From positions 416,001 to 480,000 of the forward strand of contig JBJOMY010000002.1 of the NCBI GenBank assembly GCA_046052125.1: a stretch of DNA of 64,000 nt, in the 5' to 3' direction. The notes beneath the pieces are model-generated. The model saw only the letters and a program-made list of their open reading frames with translations, had not been told where the DNA came from and did not search any database. This DNA is from Cyanobacteriota bacterium (GTDB lineage Bacteria; Cyanobacteriota; Cyanobacteriia; PCC-6307; Cyanobiaceae). Made by a program: the position numbers and the translations under genes. Position 1 is the first letter of the stretch, and each line of letters begins with the position of its first letter. Shown here one piece after another: positions 58,696 through 64,000 of this stretch.

Positions 58696-61600
58696 TTAGG
58701 CCGGCTGCAGTTCCGCCAGCTCTTTCAAGGCCAGGAGCTGCCAGCGGCGGCACTGGGCTGGAGAGGAGCGGTAGAAGCCATCCCAGGCCTCGGCCTTGTG
58801 GGTGGGGTACTCCTCGGTCGGCTGTTCCGGGTGCTGCTGCTGCCAGCCCACCCGCACGGCGTGCCCGATCACCACATCGAGGGCCAGGTCGTCGTCGAAG
58901 CGCACCTGGGGGTTCGCGTCCACGAAGGCGATCAGGGTGATCAGCGTCTCCACGCAGAGGCGCCGGTATTCAGCCGCTTCGATCTTGCTGAGCAGGTGCT
59001 CCACGTGGGTGGCGAAGTTGCGTTCGCCCGGGGTCTTCTCCTTGAGCAGGGCGCTCTCCAGCCGGTTGCGGCGCTCGAGCTTGTCGCCGATCACCAGGCC
59101 GCGGCAGTGGTGCAGCAGTTCCCAGATGCCCGGGTGGAAGTTGCGCGGCACGATCTGCAGCGCTCCCATGCGCTCGCGGTGCTTCAGCCAGCAACCGCTC
59201 TTGGGCAGCTCCTCCAAGGGATCGGGGGCTTCCCAGCGCACCCTCCCGCTCACATGCAGTTGCTCCTTGCGCTGCAGCGCCGCTTTGGCGTGCTCCACAT
59301 CGCGCAGCACCTGCTGCAGGCGCCGGCGAATGGCATGGGGCGGCTCATCGCAGAGGGCCTCGAAGGCTTCGATTGGGGTGAGGTCGCGCTCACCGGCCAG
59401 TTCGCTGGTGAGCAGCAGCAGCAGTTGCCCCAGTTGCAGCGTGAGGCTGCCGCTGAGCAGGGCAGGTTCCTGCCGAGCGACGCCATCGAGGGCCAGGAGC
59501 AGCTCCTGCTGCAACATCCATTCGCGGCCGTCCTCGCCGCTGAAGCGCTGGATCATCGCCGCGATCGCCAGGCTGCCGGTGGGTTGGCTGAGCAGCGATT
59601 CGTTGGTGTAGTTGCGCCCCACCACCACCTGTTTCTGCCGCACCAGCAGATCGGTGAGGGCGTCCTCCAGCTGCGGGTGAACGAGGCCCAGGGAACCGGC
59701 GCAGCGGCGCACCACGTTCCAGTTGGCATCGGCCAGGGCCCGCCGGTAGATCTCCTCCAACAGCGCCCGGGGGGTGGCGCAGCCGCCGGGGCCGCTCAGT
59801 TCAGCCTCCAGGCCCAGGCGATGCACCAGCTGCTCCAGCAGTTCAGCCTGCTCCGGCAGCGATTGGCTCTGCCAGAGGCGTTCGGTGAGGGCGTCAAGAC
59901 CCGACTCCTCCAGCTCCTGCTCCTCCTCGGCCGTGAGCGGTTGTTGTTCCGTGCTGGCGCGCAGCAGGGTGGGGGCCGGTTGGTTGCGGGGCTGGCCCTG
60001 GGGTTGGGCGTGCACGGGCAGCTCGGCCCAGCTGGCCTGCTCCATTAGCTCCTGCAGCGGTGCCAATTGCACGGCCACGCCATTCACCAGGCCGCTGCGC
60101 AGCCGCTCTCCGAGCCGCAGGAACGACTCGGCACTGCGTTGGAAAGGGCCCTCCTCCACAGGGATCAGCAGCACCGGGGCACCGGCGCCTCGCCAGTGCC
60201 GCTGCAATTGGCTGATCTCGCTCTCCACCGCATCCACCAGCAGCTCGGGATCGTCGGAGAGGTAGTAGGTGCTCTCCTCAAGCACGGCTGGTAGGAAGGC
60301 GAGCGGCTGGCCGCCCTGGCGGTAAAGCCGGGCCGTCACCATCGTTTCCATCCGCAGCGGCGGGTGGCCGCTGAGCCCCAGACGTGGGTTGGCGCCCACG
60401 GCCGCCATGCGCTCGCCCAGCTCCGCGGAGCTGGCGATGGCTACCTGGCCCGGACGGGTCACCGCCAGACCGGCCTGCTCCAGCGCTGTGGCGATGTGCT
60501 CCCGCGCCGGCACGAAGCTCACCAGCACCTGATCGGCGCCGAGCGGGCAGCTCAGGCGGCGGCCGCTCGGGTCGAGGTCGTCGGGTTTGAGCAGGCCCAG
60601 CAGCAGCAGATCCCCCAGCCAGGTGAGGCTCTGGGTCCAGAGCAGCGGCACGTTCTCGTTGGGGAGGCGCGGCTGGCTCCCGGGATTGAGGCGCTCGGCG
60701 TCCACGGCTTCTTTGGGCACCACGTAGAGCTCCGGCAGGAGCGCTACGCCATCCACATCCACCGCCACGCGATTGAGCCGCTCGCGCCATTGCCAGGCCT
60801 CGCTCCAGCGCTCTTCGCAGCAGGCGGTGATCAGCTCATAGGCCAGAAACAGCGGCCATTCGCATTCGATGTGCTCGAACTGGGCCAGCTCCTCGCGCTC
60901 GTAGTGCAGGCGGGTGTGGTCTTCCACCACCGTCTGATGGCCGTCGCGGCGGAAGCGCTTGTAGCCGTAGGGCCCGCCCAGCTCGGTGCGGATCTTGCGC
61001 CGCGTGCGCTCCACCAGGGCCGGATCCTCCACGGCCCAGGCCGGGTAGCCGATCACCGAGAGGCAGGCCGCATCCACTTCCTTGCTGGCGGATTCGCGCG
61101 GCAGCAGGCCGGTGAGGGCGCGGCGCAGGCGCACGATCGCGTCGTGGGGGATGTGCAGGCTGCAGTGGCCGTTGCCATGGGGGCCGTAGAGATCGAGGCC
61201 TTCCAGGGCTTCTAGGGCCGCCTTCACCAGGCCGATCGAGCTGGCGTTGCGCTCCGGCAGACCGTGGTTGCCCTTATCGCCCCGCTCCCAGATGCCGTAG
61301 TCGCGCACCCGGTAGGCCCGGGCCACGTAATACACCAGGTTTTGAATGAAATCGCGCTCGTGGCTGGTTTGCACCACCACCAACCCTGAGCGGGTGAGCT
61401 GAGCCAGCTGCAGCAGAAACAGGGCTGTGGCGTCGAGCTGTAGGTGGCCCCAGCCGTCGTCGGGCACCACCGGTTCGCCGCTGCCGGTGTCGTATTTGGC
61501 GTGCAGCGCATCGAGCGGCTCGAGGCTGTGCTTGAAGCGCTCCACCTTGGGGGCCTGGCGCAGCATGGCGTTGAGCAGGCCGCGCATCAGCTGCAGCACC

Positions 61601-61893
61601 CGCTGCTCGAGCTCAAACACCCGCGTGGTGGATCCACTCAGCCGGCGGTGCGCCAGGGCCAGGCCCCAGACGCACTGAATCGAATACACACAGTCGCGCA
61701 CCCAGGCATCGCCGTAGTTGCCGTGCACGGTGTGGGCGGTGCTGGCGGGCAACAGGCCCGTGATCGGATGCTGGCGCTGCACCACCACCCGCTCAATCTG
61801 GCCATCGAGCTCCTGCAGGCGCTGCCAGGCTTCCGCGGCGGAGAGCTGCATGGGGCCCATCTGTCCCGCCGTGGGTGCGCTGCTGAGCGTCAT
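58696..61893 (-). CDS. GH15-like protein related to phosphorylase kinase alpha/beta subunits
   Basis: DAWVRD, WGHLQLDA, DYGIWERGDK, LLPRESASKEVDA, RFRRDGHQT and IECEWPLF. Start uncertain. Confidence 0.88.
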   Translation of the reverse strand: MTLSSAPTAGQMGPMQLSAAEAWQRLQELDGQIERVVVQRQHPITGLLPASTAHTVHGNYGDAWVRDCVYSIQCVWGLALAHRRLSGSTTRVFELEQRVLQLMRGLLNAMLRQAPKVERFKHSLEPLDALHAKYDTGSGEPVVPDDGWGHLQLDATALFLLQLAQLTRSGLVVVQTSHERDFIQNLVYYVARAYRVRDYGIWERGDKGNHGLPERNASSIGLVKAALEALEGLDLYGPHGNGHCSLHIPHDAIVRLRRALTGLLPRESASKEVDAACLSVIGYPAWAVEDPALVERTRRKIRTELGGPYGYKRFRRDGHQTVVEDHTRLHYEREELAQFEHIECEWPLFLAYELITACCEERWSEAWQWRERLNRVAVDVDGVALLPELYVVPKEAVDAERLNPGSQPRLPNENVPLLWTQSLTWLGDLLLLGLLKPDDLDPSGRRLSCPLGADQVLVSFVPAREHIATALEQAGLAVTRPGQVAIASSAELGERMAAVGANPRLGLSGHPPLRMETMVTARLYRQGGQPLAFLPAVLEESTYYLSDDPELLVDAVESEISQLQRHWRGAGAPVLLIPVEEGPFQRSAESFLRLGERLRSGLVNGVAVQLAPLQELMEQASWAELPVHAQPQGQPRNQPAPTLLRASTEQQPLTAEEEQELEESGLDALTERLWQSQSLPEQAELLEQLVHRLGLEAELSGPGGCATPRALLEEIYRRALADANWNVVRRCAGSLGLVHPQLEDALTDLLVRQKQVVVGRNYTNESLLSQPTGSLAIAAMIQRFSGEDGREWMLQQELLLALDGVARQEPALLSGSLTLQLGQLLLLLTSELAGERDLTPIEAFEALCDEPPHAIRRRLQQVLRDVEHAKAALQRKEQLHVSGRVRWEAPDPLEELPKSGCWLKHRERMGALQIVPRNFHPGIWELLHHCRGLVIGDKLERRNRLESALLKEKTPGERNFATHVEHLLSKIEAAEYRRLCVETLITLIAFVDANPQVRFDDDLALDVVIGHAVRVGWQQQHPEQPTEEYPTHKAEAWDGFYRSSPAQCRRWQLLALKELAELQPA

Positions 61894-61958
61894 AGGCGCA
61901 ACGGAAATGGGCTGCAGCCATAGATTCTCCCGCGTGGCCTCTGCGCTCAATGGCATCA

Positions 61959-62717
61959 ATGGCGACGGATGCGGCTCGCACTGGCTTTACGGGCGCTGGT
62001 GAACCTCCGTCCTGGACGGTGACGCAGGTGCTCGGCGTGCAGGTGGCGGTCTGCGCCAACGTGTTTGCGGCGGCGCTGGAGCTGAAGCAGCGCGGGGGCG
62101 GCCAGATCGTCACCCTCAACGCTGAGATGACGATGGCCGCCAAGGCCGACCCTGCTCTTGGCGGTGCGATCGCCCAGGCCGATCTGGTGATTCCGGATGG
62201 CGCCGGTGTGGTGTGGGCCCTTGGACGCCAGGGTTATCGCGTGCGCCGCAGCCCCGGGATTGAGCTGGCCCGGCAGTTGCTCGTGTACGCAGCGGCCCAC
62301 CGCTGGCGGGTGGCTCTGGTGGGGGCCAGCCCGGAGGTGATGGAGCTACTCGTGGCTCGGCTGAAAGCAGAGATCCCTGATCTTGATCTGGCCTTTGCGA
62401 TCCACGGGTATCAGAACCCTGAGCAGTGGCCTGGCATTGAGCAGCAACTGCAGCAGGCCCGTCCCGATCTCGTGCTTGTGGCTCTAGGAGTGCCCCGCCA
62501 GGAAACCTGGATCCAGCGGCTCCATCAAGACCAGCCCGGCCTCTGGATGGGAGTGGGCGGCAGTTTTGATGTCTGGTCGGGCACCAAGCAGCGGGCACCG
62601 CACTGGATGGGCCGCTTGCAGATCGAATGGCTGTATCGCCTGATTCAGGAGCCCAGCCGCTGGCGGCGGATGCTCGCCCTTCCGGCGTTCGCTTGGGCGG
62701 TGTTGCGCCGAGGCTGA
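61959..62717 (+). CDS. WecB/TagA/CpsF glycosyltransferase (GT26)
   Basis: VTLNAE, IPDGAG, LGVPRQE, GVGGSFD, RAP and EWLYRL..EPSRWRR. Confidence 0.93.
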   Translation: MATDAARTGFTGAGEPPSWTVTQVLGVQVAVCANVFAAALELKQRGGGQIVTLNAEMTMAAKADPALGGAIAQADLVIPDGAGVVWALGRQGYRVRRSPGIELARQLLVYAAAHRWRVALVGASPEVMELLVARLKAEIPDLDLAFAIHGYQNPEQWPGIEQQLQQARPDLVLVALGVPRQETWIQRLHQDQPGLWMGVGGSFDVWSGTKQRAPHWMGRLQIEWLYRLIQEPSRWRRMLALPAFAWAVLRRG

Positions 62718-62746
62718 TTCACGAGGCAACCGAAAGAGCTCACAGC

Positions 62747-62776
62747 AAAAAGCGGCCGGAGCATCGCCCCAGCCGC
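62747..62776 (-). terminator. Probable intrinsic terminator of psbK
   Basis: Minus strand GCGGCTGGGGC-GAT-GCTCCGGCCGC (11-bp stem with two G-U pairs) followed by TTTTT, 24 nt after the psbK stop. Confidence 0.7.
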
Positions 62777-62800
62777 CGATGGTGTTCAAGCCGAATCGCT

Positions 62801-62944
62801 TCAGCGGAAACCGACCGAGGCCTGCCAAACAAACGCCAGAAGCAGGAACAGCAGCGGAATGATCGGCAGGATGTCCACCAGGGGGCCGAAGGCCTGATAG
62901 GCCTCGGGCAGCTGGGCCAGGGTCTGCAGGGCGTAGGCGGCCAT
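62801..62944 (-). CDS. psbK: Photosystem II protein K
   Basis: Not in the ORF track. Manual translation: [47 protein letters not shown]. Confidence 0.97.
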   Translation of the reverse strand: MAAYALQTLAQLPEAYQAFGPLVDILPIIPLLFLLLAFVWQASVGFR

Positions 62945-62974
62945 CCCGGAATGTTCGTTGGCTAGAGGCGGACG

Positions 62975-64000
62975 CTACCACGTGTGCGCGGCTGGAGAGT
63001 CCGCTTCCCAGGGAGCGAAATCCTCTGCAAAACAACCATCGCGGATCGCTTGCGCCATGGCGCTGCTGAAGCGCACCAGCTGGGTGATGTTGTGCAGGCT
63101 GAGCAGGATCTTGCCCAGCAGTTCGTCGGTCTTGATCAGGTGGTGCAGGTAGGCGCGGCTGTGCACCGTGCAGGCCGGGCAGCTGCAGCTGGGATCGAGG
63201 GGTGTGTGGTCGTGGCGGAAGCGGGCGTTTTTGAGGTTCCAGCGTTCGCCGCCCACCAGGGCTGCGCCATGGCGGCCTAGGCGGGTGGGCAGCACGCAAT
63301 CAAAGAGGTCGAAGCCGTTGGCCACGGCGATCGCCATCTCCGGCAGCGTGCCCACACCCATCAGGTAGTGGGGTTTGTCGTCGGGGAGCAGCGGCCCCAC
63401 CTGGCGCACGATGCGGTGCATCTCCTCAGCGGGCTCGCCCACGCTTACGCCGCCCACGGCGATGCCCGGCAGTCCCATCGAGCTCACCACCCGCGCCGAC
63501 TCCTCGCGCAGATGCGGGAAGCAGCCCCCCTGCACGATGCCGAACAGGGCCTGATCGGCCTTGGTGTGGTTGCTGATGCAGCGCTCCAGCCAGGCATGGG
63601 TGCGGCGGCAGGCGGCGGCCACATCGGCCTCCGTGGCGGGGTAGGGCGGGCACTGGTCGAAAGCCATTGCCACATCGGCGCCCAGGGTCATCTGGATCGC
63701 CATCGAGCGCTCGGGGGTGAGGTCGATGCGGGCGCCATCGCGGGGGGAGCGAAACACCACACCCCGGTCGTTGATCGTGTTGATCTCGCCCAGGCTGAAC
63801 ACCTGGAAGCCGCCGGAATCGGTGAGCATCGGCCCGTCCCAGGCCATGAAGCGGTGCAGGCCGCCGCCGTCGGCCACGATCTGCTCGCCGGGCTGCAGGT
63901 GCAGGTGGAAAGTGTTGGAGAGCACCATCTCGGCGCCGGTGGCCTTGAGCTGCGCTGGTGTCACCCCCTTCACCGTGGCCAGGGTTCCCACCGGCATGAA
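62975..64000 (-). CDS. tgt: Queuine tRNA-ribosyltransferase (5' end beyond window)
   Basis: [39 protein letters not shown] and HN. Confidence 0.96.
   Translation of the reverse strand, partial: FMPVGTLATVKGVTPAQLKATGAEMVLSNTFHLHLQPGEQIVADGGGLHRFMAWDGPMLTDSGGFQVFSLGEINTINDRGVVFRSPRDGARIDLTPERSMAIQMTLGADVAMAFDQCPPYPATEADVAAACRRTHAWLERCISNHTKADQALFGIVQGGCFPHLREESARVVSSMGLPGIAVGGVSVGEPAEEMHRIVRQVGPLLPDDKPHYLMGVGTLPEMAIAVANGFDLFDCVLPTRLGRHGAALVGGERWNLKNARFRHDHTPLDPSCSCPACTVHSRAYLHHLIKTDELLGKILLSLHNITQLVRFSSAMAQAIRDGCFAEDFAPWEADSPAAHTW

Noticed and set aside
48014..60048. Long antisense or alternate-frame ORFs (e.g. 48014..49315, 52152..53618, 58798..60048; also 20312..21613 and 26543..27679)
   Set aside because: These are shadow ORFs expected opposite real genes in high-GC DNA, with no protein motifs.

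Overview
This is a high-GC (roughly two-thirds G+C by eye) chromosomal segment of a picocyanobacterium, most consistent with the Cyanobium/Synechococcus clade. The assignment rests on rubA-ycf48-psbEFLJ with the long PsbJ, ndhCKJ, chlD, psbK, ho1 and a Nif11-type peptide. About 1.6-27.7 kb is a large surface-glycan region. It holds several glycosyltransferases, an O-antigen ligase-like protein, an ABC flippase-like exporter, three sulfotransferases, a complete CMP-Kdo pathway (kdsA/B/C/D), galE and ugd/uxs/UDP-GlcA epimerase, with uvrD and hisS embedded. The rest is mostly core genes (photosynthesis, Mla lipid transport, photolyases, fabI, hisB, pgm, pyrE, tgt) plus one tRNA(CAT). No CRISPR, rRNA, transposase or integrase was seen. 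Most notable observations: (1) two related perfect hairpins sharing GTGCGACCAC-N12/13-GTGGTCGCAC at 39717-39758 and 47721-47771, one upstream of a degenerate Phd/PIN pair; (2) a Kdo cluster with no recognisable WaaA/KpsC/KpsS but with two unexplained transferase candidates coupled to kdsA and kdsB; (3) a split, inverted-order, Cys-rich short photolyase pair; (4) a core-less Nif11 leader peptide. All calls are from motif recognition by eye with no database searches, and several start codons are best guesses.
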